A program made the position numbers and the translations under genes. This document shows, one piece after another, positions 39,183 to 49,148 of a DNA stretch of 64,000 bases. The stretch comes from an uncultured Flavobacteriaceae bacterium (GTDB taxonomy: Bacteria; Bacteroidota; Bacteroidia; Flavobacteriales; Weeksellaceae): the NCBI GenBank assembly GCA_963506915.1, contig CAUORE010000006.1, positions 2,884 through 66,883 of the forward strand. Direction: 5' to 3'. Under the pieces are notes generated by a model. It did not search any database and was not told the DNA's origin. It worked only from the letters and a program-made list of their open reading frames with translations. The first letter of the stretch is position 1; every line of letters begins with the position of its first letter.

Positions 39183-40997
39183 ATGGAACTCAATTTGAAA
39201 AAATTCAATAAACAGCAGTTAGAAGAATATTACGGTTTTTTAGATTTAATAATCGAAAGATTTGGTCTTCAAGCAGAAGATAAAAGATTAGTTTTTAATT
39301 TAAGTAATAAAAATCAAATTGTTTTTACAATCGGGCAGAGATATATATGGAATATAGAACCTTGTGAAAATGCTAGTAAATTCTACACAATTTCTGAAGA
39401 ACCAATAAGTAATAAATATTCGGATTTTGATGGAAAACCTACGGCTTTTTGGAATAAATTTAATAATATTTCGGATGTTTTAAATCAACAGCAAACTATA
39501 TTTAGTGCGATAGAGAAAGAGCTTAATAGAGCCCAAAAATCTAGTTATTTCAAGCATAACAAAGAAGAATTGGAAAAAATGGCTTTTGATGCTGATTTCC
39601 GAAAAGAAGTTTTGAACCAATTAAAAAAAATAATAATCACTGATAAACTAATGAAAAACGCCGATAAAACATCAGCTGTCCCATTGAATCAAATCCTTTT
39701 TGGTGCTCCAGGGACAGGGAAAACCTATCACACGAAGAAAATAGCTGTTGAAATCATCAACGGAAAAAAGGTGAGAACCAGAGAAGAAATTAACAAGGAG
39801 TACAAAGAGCTGATAGAAGCAGGACAAATAGTCTTTACGACTTTTCATCAGAGTTTGAGCTACGAAGATTTTATTGAGGGAATAAAACCCGAAACCATAG
39901 ATGGCAATGTGACTTACGAGGTGAAAGATGGGATTTTTAAGCAGTTGTGCAGTCGGGCAATTGAACAAAGACCAAAAAATAGCGATATTGAAATCTATGA
40001 TTTTGATAAAGGCTGGAATGATTTAATAGCCGAAGCAGAACAAAATTTATTGTCAGATTCCATGCTTTTGCTTCCTGTTCTTACACAGGATAAAGGGGTG
40101 TATGTGATAGAAATCACAGATAACGGAAATTTAAAAATAAAACCAAAAAATAGTCGATTGGATATTGATTATATCGTTTCGTATAATCGCGCAAAGAAAT
40201 TACAAGGGGTTTTCTCAGATTTGTCGGTCGTTAAAAACATTGATAAGGAGTTTCGTTCTGTGATTGGAGGTTCTAATTCTACGGCATATTGGGCAGTTTT
40301 AAATTATATTAATAATAAGATTAAAGAAAATAATAGAATAATTCCAGATTATGAAGAACCCAAAACCCATGTCCTTATTATTGATGAAATCAATCGTGGT
40401 AATGTTTCTGCTATTTTTGGGGAACTCATCACGCTTTTAGAGGAAGACAAAAGAAAAGGAAATCCAGAGCATATCGAGGTAAAACTCCCTTACTCTGGAG
40501 ATAACTTTTCTGTTCCGAATAATGTATACATCATCGGGACGATGAACACTGCTGACCGGAGCGTAGAGGCTCTGGATACCGCCCTTAGGAGAAGATTTTC
40601 CTTTGTGGAGATGCAGCCTGATCCTGACATTTTATCCAAGGTAGGAAATGTGGATTTAAAAGAGCTTTTAAAAACCATCAACCAGCGAATAGAGATGCTG
40701 ATAGACAAAGACCACCAAATCGGTCATTCGTATTTTATTGGTATTGAGGATTTAGATGGTTTGAGAAGAACTTTCAAGGATAAAATCATTCCGCTTTTGG
40801 AGGAATATTTCTACGGAGATTTTGGAAAAATAGGTTTAGTTTTGGGAGGAGCATTTATTAAACTAGCTGAAAATCAGGTAGTATTCCCGAAAAATTTCAA
40901 GTACGAAGAAGACTTTTTAGGAGACAAAAAAATATACCATTTTACTCCTTTTGAAAACTGGGATGAGGATACCTTTGAATCTATTTATGAGGATTAA
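39183..40997 (+). CDS. mcrB: McrB-family AAA+ GTPase subunit of a type IV (modification-dependent) restriction system
   Basis: Motifs: Walker A LFGAPGTGKTY, TFHQSLSYEDFIEGIKP, Walker B VLIIDEINRGN, GTMNTADRSVEALDTALRRRF. The start is either ATG 39183 or TTG 39168. I do not recognise the N-terminal ~170 aa. Confidence 0.88.
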   Translation: MELNLKKFNKQQLEEYYGFLDLIIERFGLQAEDKRLVFNLSNKNQIVFTIGQRYIWNIEPCENASKFYTISEEPISNKYSDFDGKPTAFWNKFNNISDVLNQQQTIFSAIEKELNRAQKSSYFKHNKEELEKMAFDADFRKEVLNQLKKIIITDKLMKNADKTSAVPLNQILFGAPGTGKTYHTKKIAVEIINGKKVRTREEINKEYKELIEAGQIVFTTFHQSLSYEDFIEGIKPETIDGNVTYEVKDGIFKQLCSRAIEQRPKNSDIEIYDFDKGWNDLIAEAEQNLLSDSMLLLPVLTQDKGVYVIEITDNGNLKIKPKNSRLDIDYIVSYNRAKKLQGVFSDLSVVKNIDKEFRSVIGGSNSTAYWAVLNYINNKIKENNRIIPDYEEPKTHVLIIDEINRGNVSAIFGELITLLEEDKRKGNPEHIEVKLPYSGDNFSVPNNVYIIGTMNTADRSVEALDTALRRRFSFVEMQPDPDILSKVGNVDLKELLKTINQRIEMLIDKDHQIGHSYFIGIEDLDGLRRTFKDKIIPLLEEYFYGDFGKIGLVLGGAFIKLAENQVVFPKNFKYEEDFLGDKKIYHFTPFENWDEDTFESIYED

Positions 40998-41000
40998 ACC

Positions 41001-42245
41001 ATGCAGAATAAGAAGTTTATACAGGTTTTTGAGCATCAAAAATTGAAGTATGATAAATCGGGAGATTTTCAGAAATGTCATTTTGATGCGATGGTGAAGT
41101 TTAATGATCTGCATCAGAACAAATATTTTACAGTCGGTCATAATGGGATTGTTTTTAAGAACTATGTCGGAGTTGTTCAGGTCGGTGGTTTGACCATTGA
41201 GATTCTTCCGAAAGCTGATAAAAAGGCTGATGCAGATAAAAATTTGTGGCAGAGCGTACTGCTCAATATGCTGAAAGTCTGCAAGCGTATTCGGGTAGAA
41301 TCCGTTTCGGAAACCCAGCTCAAAAAAAGGCATCATTCTATTTTGGATGTTTATTTTGAGTTGTATCTTACTGAAATAGAACGACTTGTAAATAAAGGCT
41401 TGATAAAGAGATACCAAAAGAACCAATCCAATCAAAATGCACTAAAAGGAAAACTGCTTTTTGCAAAAAATATTCAGCAGAATTTGGTGCATCGGGAGCG
41501 GTTTTATTGTGAGCATCAGGTTTATGACAGGAATCATCTGCTGCATCAGATTTTGTACAAGGGATTACAGATTCTGAAAACCTTTGTAAATGATGCTTTG
41601 AAGGATAGGCTGAACCGACTGCTTTTTGAATTTCAAGAAATTGAAAACATAGAAATAAGCGAGAAGCATTTCCGAAAAATAGTTTTTGACAGAAAAAACA
41701 GCGACTACCAAAAGGCGTTTGATATTGCTAAAATCATCATCCTGAATTATTCTCCGAGTTTGAACTACGGAAGCGAAAATTTACTTACGCTTTTGTTTGA
41801 TATGAATGCTTTGTGGGAAGAATATATTTTCCGCATTCTTCAAAAACATAAGAAGGATGAGGAGAAGGTGTCTCGCCAAGATTCCAAGAAATTTTGGAGA
41901 AATAAATGCATACGCCCAGATATTATTTTGCAAATAGAGCAAAAAACTTTTGTCATCGATACCAAATGGAAAATCATTGAAACCAATAACCCTTCCGATG
42001 AGGATTTGAAACAAATGTTCGTTTATAATTTGCATTGGGATGCCGAAAAAACGCTGTTGCTTTATCCTAAAACAGGACAAACGGACAGCAGTTTTGAAGA
42101 ATTTCATTACGATAACTTGGATGAGAAAAATGAGAAAAAGAAGTGTAAAACTGGTTTCGTGGATATCACTGAGGGAGGAAGCATCAAAAGCAGCGAAAAG
42201 ATAGCCGAGGAAATATATTCTAAACTAGAATTATCTGAGCAATAG
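41001..42245 (+). CDS. mcrC: McrC-family nuclease subunit
   Basis: 414 aa, 3 nt after mcrB. The N-terminal region is McrC-like. The C-terminal PD-(D/E)xK core is IRPDIIL...FVIDTKWK. Confidence 0.85.
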   Translation: MQNKKFIQVFEHQKLKYDKSGDFQKCHFDAMVKFNDLHQNKYFTVGHNGIVFKNYVGVVQVGGLTIEILPKADKKADADKNLWQSVLLNMLKVCKRIRVESVSETQLKKRHHSILDVYFELYLTEIERLVNKGLIKRYQKNQSNQNALKGKLLFAKNIQQNLVHRERFYCEHQVYDRNHLLHQILYKGLQILKTFVNDALKDRLNRLLFEFQEIENIEISEKHFRKIVFDRKNSDYQKAFDIAKIIILNYSPSLNYGSENLLTLLFDMNALWEEYIFRILQKHKKDEEKVSRQDSKKFWRNKCIRPDIILQIEQKTFVIDTKWKIIETNNPSDEDLKQMFVYNLHWDAEKTLLLYPKTGQTDSSFEEFHYDNLDEKNEKKKCKTGFVDITEGGSIKSSEKIAEEIYSKLELSEQ

Positions 42246-42360
42246 CCGTAAGGGTGTCATATTCAGGCTGAAAATCTAACTTTTTTCTTGGCTTGTGTCG
42301 ATTATGCCAAAAAAGCAAAATAAGGTAAAAGACAGAAAAAACATTTACACAAAATAAAGC

Positions 42361-42409
42361 TTTTCACAGAAAATACCTTCCTCCCAAATTTGGGAGGAAG
42401 GTATATTTT
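42361..42409. repeat. 49-bp terminator-hairpin repeat, copy B (between mcrC and the convergent porin gene)
   Basis: AAATACCTTCCTCCC-AAATTT-GGGAGGAAGGTATAT. The differences from copy A within the stem are compensatory (T-A becomes A-T, U-G becomes C-G). Confidence 0.8.
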
Positions 42410-42442
42410 AGTTTAGAAATTTTTAAAAAAACAAATTTATAA

Positions 42443-43150
42443 TTAGAAATGGTAGGAGAGCCCTAATTGGAGATTTCCTGTACGGAATTTAGCTCTATCC
42501 TTTTTGCCATTATGGTCTTCTTTTTCATTGTAAGGAGAAGTTATTCCCATGCTGTATCTCAGATTAACACTAAATTTCTCTGTGATGAAATATCCTCCTC
42601 CAAAATTCCATCCAAAGAAAGCGCCTTTGGTATACTCCTTAAAACTTTTTTTGTCTGGAATATTGTTGTATCCAGCTTTATCGGTGATGACCTCCTCTGA
42701 TTTTATAGTAATATTCACCTCTGGACCTGTTTCTATATATACCTGAGGAATAAATTTAAATTGAAATGTAACAGGAATATTAATGTGGCTGAGAGTCCAG
42801 TATCCCTTTACACCCTTTACATTAGTATCATCTTTATAGTTTATTTTTGTTCCAAAATGCTGATAGAGAGCATCTAGTTGAACAGCCATTTTTTCGCTGA
42901 TAGAGTAGTTTACGAAAAGTCCACCATAGAACCCTATTTTGCTTTTCAGATTTCGATAAGTTTCGTCTTTAACTGATATTTTATTGAGTCCTCCACCAGC
43001 TTTGATACCGAAAGTGAGTGGCTGATTTTTAGAATAGCTTTTTTGGGGGCTGCTTACTCTATTAGATTTGTTACTAGCTCCTGTTTTTTTCTTTTGTGCT
43101 GCTGCCCATCCCATAGATAGACATAAAACAGCGATAATTATTTTTTTCAT
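42443..43150 (-). CDS. porin-family outer membrane beta-barrel protein
   Basis: Start trimmed to ATG 43150 (MKKIIIAVLCLSMGWAAAQ, signal peptide). Alternating barrel strands end with the C-terminal segment LQLGLSYHF. Confidence 0.65.
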   Translation of the reverse strand: MKKIIIAVLCLSMGWAAAQKKKTGASNKSNRVSSPQKSYSKNQPLTFGIKAGGGLNKISVKDETYRNLKSKIGFYGGLFVNYSISEKMAVQLDALYQHFGTKINYKDDTNVKGVKGYWTLSHINIPVTFQFKFIPQVYIETGPEVNITIKSEEVITDKAGYNNIPDKKSFKEYTKGAFFGWNFGGGYFITEKFSVNLRYSMGITSPYNEKEDHNGKKDRAKFRTGNLQLGLSYHF

Positions 43151-43404
43151 ATGGTAAAAATTAAAAGTTGTCTTTTTAAAAACAGGCAATTTTATACAGA
43201 ACAATATAAAGATTGCCTGTAAATCACATTAGTGATTTTGAAAATGATTTTAGCAATTCAAAGGTATTGTGAATAAACTAGTTACACAATCCCCCAAAAG
43301 CGTGTATTTTTATAAAATTTTATCCCCGTTTTTAGGGATTTTGTTTTTTGAATAATGCTTGGAGTAATAATTTTACTAATTTTACAATCATATAGTTTAA
43401 ATAA

Positions 43405-45309
43405 ATGATACGGAGTAAGTGTATATTTTTCATCTTTTTTTCAATCATTGTTTTTTCGCAGAATAGTTCTTCTGAAAAATACATTGACAGCCTAAACAAT
43501 GAATGTCTGAATGCGAAAAATTCAAAGAAAAAAGTTCGCATCTTGATGGAAATTTCTGATTACTGGTCATATAGAGATACAGCAGTAGCTTTTTCAAAAC
43601 TTAGAGAAGCAGAACAGTTGATAGGAGGAGATAATTTCCTAAAGGGACTTCATGCCTTCTATAAAGCGGGAATTTATTATGATAAAAACATTAGTAAAAG
43701 CCAAGAACTCTACATGAAAGCCGAAAATCTATTGAAAACATTTTCCTCTGAAGAGGCTTTTTACTACAGAGCGAAACTGTGGCATAATTACGGCGCATTG
43801 GAACAGATGAAGGGAAACAATATGGAGTTTCTGGACATTACGCTGAAAAAATGTATTCCTCTTGCTGAAAAGTCAAAGAATAAGGAACTTTTGGCGGGAT
43901 ATTATGTAGATATGGGGATGATTTTTAATAATTCAAAAGAATATGACAAATCAATAGACTATATAAAAAAAGCAGTTGATATTTTAGAAAAAAACTCAAA
44001 AAGAGGTGAGGGAATAGTTTGGGCATATCTAAATCTTGCAATGGTATATTTGGAAATAGGAGAATTAGCCTTAGTAGAGGACAATATTTTAAAAGCCGAA
44101 AAAGCATTAGAGCAACTACCTCATTCTCAGTATAATGTGTTTCTTTATCAGTTGAAATCTAAATATTATAATAGAATAGGTAAGCAGAGTAAAGCATTGA
44201 ATGCTATTCAAAAAGGGATAGACTTAGCAAAGAAAATGAATTTGGATTATGATTTTTTATCCCTGAGTTATGAGAAGTATAATTATTTAAAAAACTCTTC
44301 TCAATATTTAGAAGCACAGAAAATACTCTCTGAACTTTTGGATAAGAAAATGGGAAGTAAAAAAAACAGACTTATACTTCTTAATGAAATGGCTGAATTA
44401 CAGAAAATAATGGGTAATTATAAAGATGCTTATAGTTATCTGGAACAATTTAAATTTTTAAATGATACTATACAGACTGAAAATGAAAAAATACAAATTT
44501 TGGATTTGGAAGCTCAGTATAAAAATAAAGAACAGCAGAAAGAAATACAACATTTGGAGGAAAGAAACAAACAAGAACGAATAATCTTTTGGATTAGTTT
44601 GTTTTTATTTATAAGTGTAGGAGTATTAATGAGTTATGCGCTTTATGAAAGAAAAAGGAAAAACAAACATAAACTTGTTAGTTTAGAACAGGAAAGAAAA
44701 ATAGACATTAACAAAGCTCTTATCTACGGGGAAAATAAAGAACGAGAGCGAATAGCTAAGGAACTGCATGATGGCATAGGGGGAAGAATGACAGGAATAA
44801 AGATAAACTTAGAAAATATGATGGAGAGTGAGGGATATTATATGCTTGAAAAACCTATTGCCCAATTGGATAAATGTATAACTGAACTTAGAAATACCCT
44901 TAGAAATCTAACTTCTGAAACACTTCATAAGTTTGGTTTGGAAGAAGCATTACGGGATTTTTGCCAAAATATACAGACAGATTATTTAAAAATATCCTGT
45001 TATACTAAAAATCTCAATCAAATAAAAGAAAAACATCAGCTGCATATCTATCGTATTGTTCAAGAGGGAATAAATAATGCCATAAAGCACTCTGGAGCAA
45101 CACAAATTCTGGTACAATGTACTTTTGAAGAAAATTTGTTACTCATAGATATAGAAGACAATGGAAAAGGCTTTGATGTGCAAAATATACAGAGAAATTT
45201 AGGATTACATAATATAGAACGACGCGTAAATGCCCTTGATGGTACTCTTAAAATAGAATCTTCCTTGGGTAAAGGTACTGTGATGAGTATAGAAGCTAAA
45301 ATAGAATAA
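43405..45309 (+). CDS. TPR-repeat sensor histidine kinase (HisKA_3/NarL-type)
   Basis: 634 aa with a signal/TM N-terminus, TPR-like repeats, a TM helix (IIFWISLFLFISVGVLMSYALY), the H-box ELHDGIGG and ATPase boxes NNAIKHS, DNGKGF, GLHNIERR. Confidence 0.85.
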   Translation: MIRSKCIFFIFFSIIVFSQNSSSEKYIDSLNNECLNAKNSKKKVRILMEISDYWSYRDTAVAFSKLREAEQLIGGDNFLKGLHAFYKAGIYYDKNISKSQELYMKAENLLKTFSSEEAFYYRAKLWHNYGALEQMKGNNMEFLDITLKKCIPLAEKSKNKELLAGYYVDMGMIFNNSKEYDKSIDYIKKAVDILEKNSKRGEGIVWAYLNLAMVYLEIGELALVEDNILKAEKALEQLPHSQYNVFLYQLKSKYYNRIGKQSKALNAIQKGIDLAKKMNLDYDFLSLSYEKYNYLKNSSQYLEAQKILSELLDKKMGSKKNRLILLNEMAELQKIMGNYKDAYSYLEQFKFLNDTIQTENEKIQILDLEAQYKNKEQQKEIQHLEERNKQERIIFWISLFLFISVGVLMSYALYERKRKNKHKLVSLEQERKIDINKALIYGENKERERIAKELHDGIGGRMTGIKINLENMMESEGYYMLEKPIAQLDKCITELRNTLRNLTSETLHKFGLEEALRDFCQNIQTDYLKISCYTKNLNQIKEKHQLHIYRIVQEGINNAIKHSGATQILVQCTFEENLLLIDIEDNGKGFDVQNIQRNLGLHNIERRVNALDGTLKIESSLGKGTVMSIEAKIE

Positions 45310-45321
45310 AAAAAAACTTAA

Positions 45322-45951
45322 ATGATGATAAAAATAATAATTTGTGATGATCATCCTTTGATAACAGAAGGTCTGAAGAGCTTTATAGAAAATAGAGATG
45401 AAATGCAAATAATAGCTACAGCTACTTCTGCAGCTGAATTATGGCAAGTATTGGAAGAAAATGAAACTGATGTTCTTATACTAGATATTAGTCTTCCAGA
45501 CGGGAATGGGGTGGATATTTGTGCAGAAGTGAAAAAAATGTATCCGCATATTAAAGTAATAGCTCTTAGTAATCATGATGAAAGAAGCTTCATTGTCAGG
45601 ATGTTGGGGAATAAAGCGTCAGGTTATCTTATTAAAAGTACTTCCATTGGAGAATTGGAAAAAGCAATAAAAGAGGTCTATAGGGGAGGAATATATTTTG
45701 GAGAAGATGCCCAAAAAGTATTAGTATCCATGGCGGAAGTCATGCAGGTAGAGGTGCCGCCCATTACAAAGAGAGAAAAAGAAGTTTTAGAGTATATATC
45801 ACAAGGGTTGTCTTCTCCTCAGATAGCGGAAAAAATGTTTATAAGTTCACAAACTGTAGACAGCCACAGGAAAAATCTAATGGCTAAATTTGGGGTGAAT
45901 AAAACTATCAGCCTTGTTCAAAAGGCAAAAGACCTTAATTTTTTAAGTTAA
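45322..45951 (+). CDS. LuxR/NarL-family response regulator
   Basis: 209 aa with a receiver domain (IICDDH, DVLILDISLPDGNG, KVIALS) and a GerE HTH (REKEVLEYISQGLSSPQIAEKMFISSQTVDSHRKNL). Confidence 0.9.
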   Translation: MMIKIIICDDHPLITEGLKSFIENRDEMQIIATATSAAELWQVLEENETDVLILDISLPDGNGVDICAEVKKMYPHIKVIALSNHDERSFIVRMLGNKASGYLIKSTSIGELEKAIKEVYRGGIYFGEDAQKVLVSMAEVMQVEVPPITKREKEVLEYISQGLSSPQIAEKMFISSQTVDSHRKNLMAKFGVNKTISLVQKAKDLNFLS

Positions 45952-46117
45952 AAAAAGAATAAATAGAAAAAGGATGATTACAAAATTTGGTTGTATTTGA
46001 TTTATTTCTTACCTTTACCAAAGTAATTTTTAAATAAAAAATGAGTTTTTTGTACCCAATAAAAAGAGATGGTCTTGGCAAGCATGTTGTGGAGTTGTTT
46101 TTTGGGCTGAAATAATA

Positions 46118-46149
46118 AGAGAGATAAGGATAATTGTCTCTCTATTTTT
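46118..46149 (+). terminator. terminator-like hairpin inside the tkt leader
   Basis: The 10-bp stem 46118-46127/46134-46143 (AGAGAGATAA/TTGTCTCTCT, one G-U pair) has a 6-nt loop and is followed by ATTTTTA. It lies 37 nt upstream of the tkt ATG. Confidence 0.4.
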
Positions 46150-46185
46150 ATATCTAAAAATTAAATAGAAACCAATTTAAAATAT

Positions 46186-48171
46186 ATGAACTCTTGTAAA
46201 ATCATTGCGAACACTATTAGAGGACTCTCTGTGGATGGTGTGGCAGCGGCGAACTCTGGACACCCTGGTATGCCGCTTGGGATGGCAGATGTGTGTGCTG
46301 TTCTCTGGTCTGAACATATGAATTTTAATCCGAAAAACCCTAAATGGCTTAACCGAGACAGATTTATCCTATCAGCAGGGCATGGTAGTATGCTTATTTA
46401 CAGCTTGTTGCACCTTTACGGATATGATTTGTCAATGGATGATTTGAAGGCATTTAGACAATGGGGAAGTAAAACTCCTGGGCACCCAGAAAACTTCGTA
46501 ACGGCTGGAGTAGAGACCACTACGGGACCATTAGGACAGGGCGTAGCCAATGCAGTAGGTTTTGCTCTGGCAGAGGCTTCTTTGGCAGCAAGATATAATA
46601 GAGAAGGCAGTGAGATTATAGACCATTATACTTATGTGGTGGCAGGTGATGGCTGTCTGCAAGAGGGAATTTCTCACGAGGCATGTTCTTTTGCTGGGCA
46701 TAATAAATTAGGAAAACTGATTATGCTTTATGACAGCAATAATATCACCATAGATGGACCTACGCACATTTCTTTCACAGAAGATACCAGAAAGAGATTT
46801 GAGGCGTATGGATGGCAGGTTCTTGAGATTGATGGGCATGATTATGACCAAATCAATGCTGCTATAGCAGAAGCAAAAAAAGAAAAATCTAAGCCGTCTA
46901 TCATCATTTGTAAAACTATCATCGGTTTTGGTTCGCCGAATAGAGCAGGAACATCCAAAGCTCACGGAGAGCCTTTCCCAGCGGAAGAAATTGAGCTGAT
47001 GAAAGAAAAATTAGGTCTTCCAAAAGACAAATCTTTCTTCGTTCCAAATGAAATTTCTGATTTAAGAACTAAAACTCAAGAAAAAGGTGAAAACCTTGAA
47101 AACAAATGGAATGGACTTTGGGAAAATTATAAAAATAAAAACCAAGAAGCCGCTAAAGAATTAGAAAACAGCATAAAAGGAGAAATCTCCAGAGAAGCTC
47201 TTGATATTCCTCAGTTCAGTTCCGAGAAAGCAATCGCTACTCGTTCTGCTTCGGGAACGGTTCTAAATCATATAGCGAAATATATTCCTCAGCTGATGGG
47301 TGGTTCAGCGGATTTGACGCCGTCTAACAACACTCTTCCAGTAGGAGAGGAGTCTTTCTCACCAGAAAACCCAAAAGGAAGATACATCAGATATGGAGTG
47401 CGTGAGCATGGTATGGCAGCAATAATGAACGGAATGGCTCTTCATGGTGGAGTTCTGCCTTATTCAGGGACATTCTTCGTTTTCTCAGATTACATGAGAC
47501 CAGCGATGCGTATGTCGGCTCTTATGGAGCAGCAGGTGGTGTATGTGCTGACTCATGATTCCATCGGGTTAGGAGAGGATGGACCTACACACCAGCCAGA
47601 AGCACATCTTTGGGCATATAGAACAATTCCAAATATGACTGTAATCCGTCCTATGGATGCCAATGAAACTGCAGAAGCTTGGAAATCAGCGTTAAAGAAT
47701 AAAAAAGGACCTACTTGTTTAGTTCTTACAAGACAAAATCTTCCTGTTTATGATAGAGCAGGACTTGGATGGGCAAAATCTGAAGAAGCTCAGAAAGGAG
47801 GATATGTTCTTTGCGAAGACAAAGATTTTGAGGCGATTATCATCGCTACAGGTTCAGAGGTGGAATTGGCTGTAGAAGCAAAAACTAAACTTAATGAACA
47901 AGGCGTAAAAGTAAGAATAGTTTCTATGCCGAGTACCAACATTTTTGATGAGCAGCCGCAGGAATACAAAGAATCTGTTTTACCTAAAAACATTCTAAAA
48001 AGAGTAGCAGTAGAGGCAGGTGTTACCTTGGGCTGGTATAAATATGTAGGCTTAGAAGGGCGAGTGATAGGCTTGGACAGATTCGGAGCTTCAGCACCAT
48101 ATAAAACACTTTATAAAGAATTCGGAATTACAACTGAAGCTATCGTAGAGGCTGTAAATTCATTAAAATAG
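46186..48171 (+). CDS. tkt: transketolase (single-chain)
   Basis: 661 aa with [18 protein letters not shown] motif [13 protein letters not shown] and [16 protein letters not shown]. Confidence 0.95.
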   Translation: MNSCKIIANTIRGLSVDGVAAANSGHPGMPLGMADVCAVLWSEHMNFNPKNPKWLNRDRFILSAGHGSMLIYSLLHLYGYDLSMDDLKAFRQWGSKTPGHPENFVTAGVETTTGPLGQGVANAVGFALAEASLAARYNREGSEIIDHYTYVVAGDGCLQEGISHEACSFAGHNKLGKLIMLYDSNNITIDGPTHISFTEDTRKRFEAYGWQVLEIDGHDYDQINAAIAEAKKEKSKPSIIICKTIIGFGSPNRAGTSKAHGEPFPAEEIELMKEKLGLPKDKSFFVPNEISDLRTKTQEKGENLENKWNGLWENYKNKNQEAAKELENSIKGEISREALDIPQFSSEKAIATRSASGTVLNHIAKYIPQLMGGSADLTPSNNTLPVGEESFSPENPKGRYIRYGVREHGMAAIMNGMALHGGVLPYSGTFFVFSDYMRPAMRMSALMEQQVVYVLTHDSIGLGEDGPTHQPEAHLWAYRTIPNMTVIRPMDANETAEAWKSALKNKKGPTCLVLTRQNLPVYDRAGLGWAKSEEAQKGGYVLCEDKDFEAIIIATGSEVELAVEAKTKLNEQGVKVRIVSMPSTNIFDEQPQEYKESVLPKNILKRVAVEAGVTLGWYKYVGLEGRVIGLDRFGASAPYKTLYKEFGITTEAIVEAVNSLK

Positions 48172-48197
48172 AAAAATAACCAATAAAAATAAAAGAA

Positions 48198-49148
48198 ATG
48201 ATAGTTACTACCGATCAATTATTCAAGGCTGCATACGGGAAATTTGCAGTAGGAGCGTATAATATTAACAACATGGAGCAGGCTTTAGGGCTTTTCGAAG
48301 GACATGCTAAAGCACAGGCGCCGTTCATCGTTCAGTTGTCAAAAGGAGCGAGAAATTACGCTAATCCTAAAATGATAGAAGGCATCATCCGTGCTGCTGA
48401 AGAAATCTATCCAGACCTTATTTTCGCTGTGCATCTAGATCATGGAGATGAGCAGACATGCTATGACTGTATAGATTCAGGATTTTATAGCTCAGTGATG
48501 ATCGATGCATCTCATGAGTCTTTTGAGAAAAATGTAGAAATCACGAAAAGAGTAGTAGAAAGAGCTCACGCTAAGGGAATCAGCGTAGAGTCTGAATTAG
48601 GAATGCTAGGTGGTGTGGAAGAAGATATTCAAGTTGATGAAAAACACGCGATGCTTACAGACCCACTAGAAGCTAAGAAATTCGTAGAGCTTACAGGGTG
48701 TGACTCTTTAGCTGTTGCTATCGGAACCAGCCACGGAGCTTATAAGTTTTCAGGAAAGCAAGGGCTTCACTTTGACAGAATCGAAGAAATCCAAAGACAG
48801 CTTCCTAATTTTCCTTTGGTAATGCACGGTTCTAGTTCTGTTCCAAGAGCGGAAGTAGAAAGAATCAATGCTGCTGGTGGTGCTATGGATCCTTCTGCAC
48901 AAGGTGTAAATGCTGATGAATTCGCAAGAGCAGTGAAATTAGGTGTTACAAAAGTAAACATCGACACTGATGGTAGATTGGTTTGGACAAGAGTTCACAG
49001 AGAGTTCTTCAAAGAAAAACCAGAGCAGTTTGATTTCAGAGCTCCAGGAAAAGTTTTCGTGAAAGAATATGCTGATTTTATCGTAGATAAATCTAATAAG
49101 CTATTGTCTGCTAATCAGTTAGAATATGTAAGACAAAGCTTGAAATAA
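48198..49148 (+). CDS. fba: class II fructose/ketose-1,6-bisphosphate aldolase
   Basis: 316 aa with VHLDHG, SVMIDASH, GTSHGAYKF and VMHGSSSVP. Confidence 0.85.
   Translation: MIVTTDQLFKAAYGKFAVGAYNINNMEQALGLFEGHAKAQAPFIVQLSKGARNYANPKMIEGIIRAAEEIYPDLIFAVHLDHGDEQTCYDCIDSGFYSSVMIDASHESFEKNVEITKRVVERAHAKGISVESELGMLGGVEEDIQVDEKHAMLTDPLEAKKFVELTGCDSLAVAIGTSHGAYKFSGKQGLHFDRIEEIQRQLPNFPLVMHGSSSVPRAEVERINAAGGAMDPSAQGVNADEFARAVKLGVTKVNIDTDGRLVWTRVHREFFKEKPEQFDFRAPGKVFVKEYADFIVDKSNKLLSANQLEYVRQSLK

Noticed and set aside
43332-43541. 69-aa minus-strand ORF in the porin/kinase divergent region as a possible small regulator.
   Set aside because: It overlaps the 5-prime end of the histidine kinase gene on the opposite strand. 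It is low-complexity and has no upstream promoter box.
45960-46185. Guanidine riboswitch (ykkC, mini-ykkC, ykkC-III) ahead of the operon that contains sugE.
   Set aside because: I could not find the conserved cores: no ACGR-loop hairpin pair, no GGUCCGAGAG / ACACGGCGGGA-type segments. It is kept only as an unclassified leader candidate.
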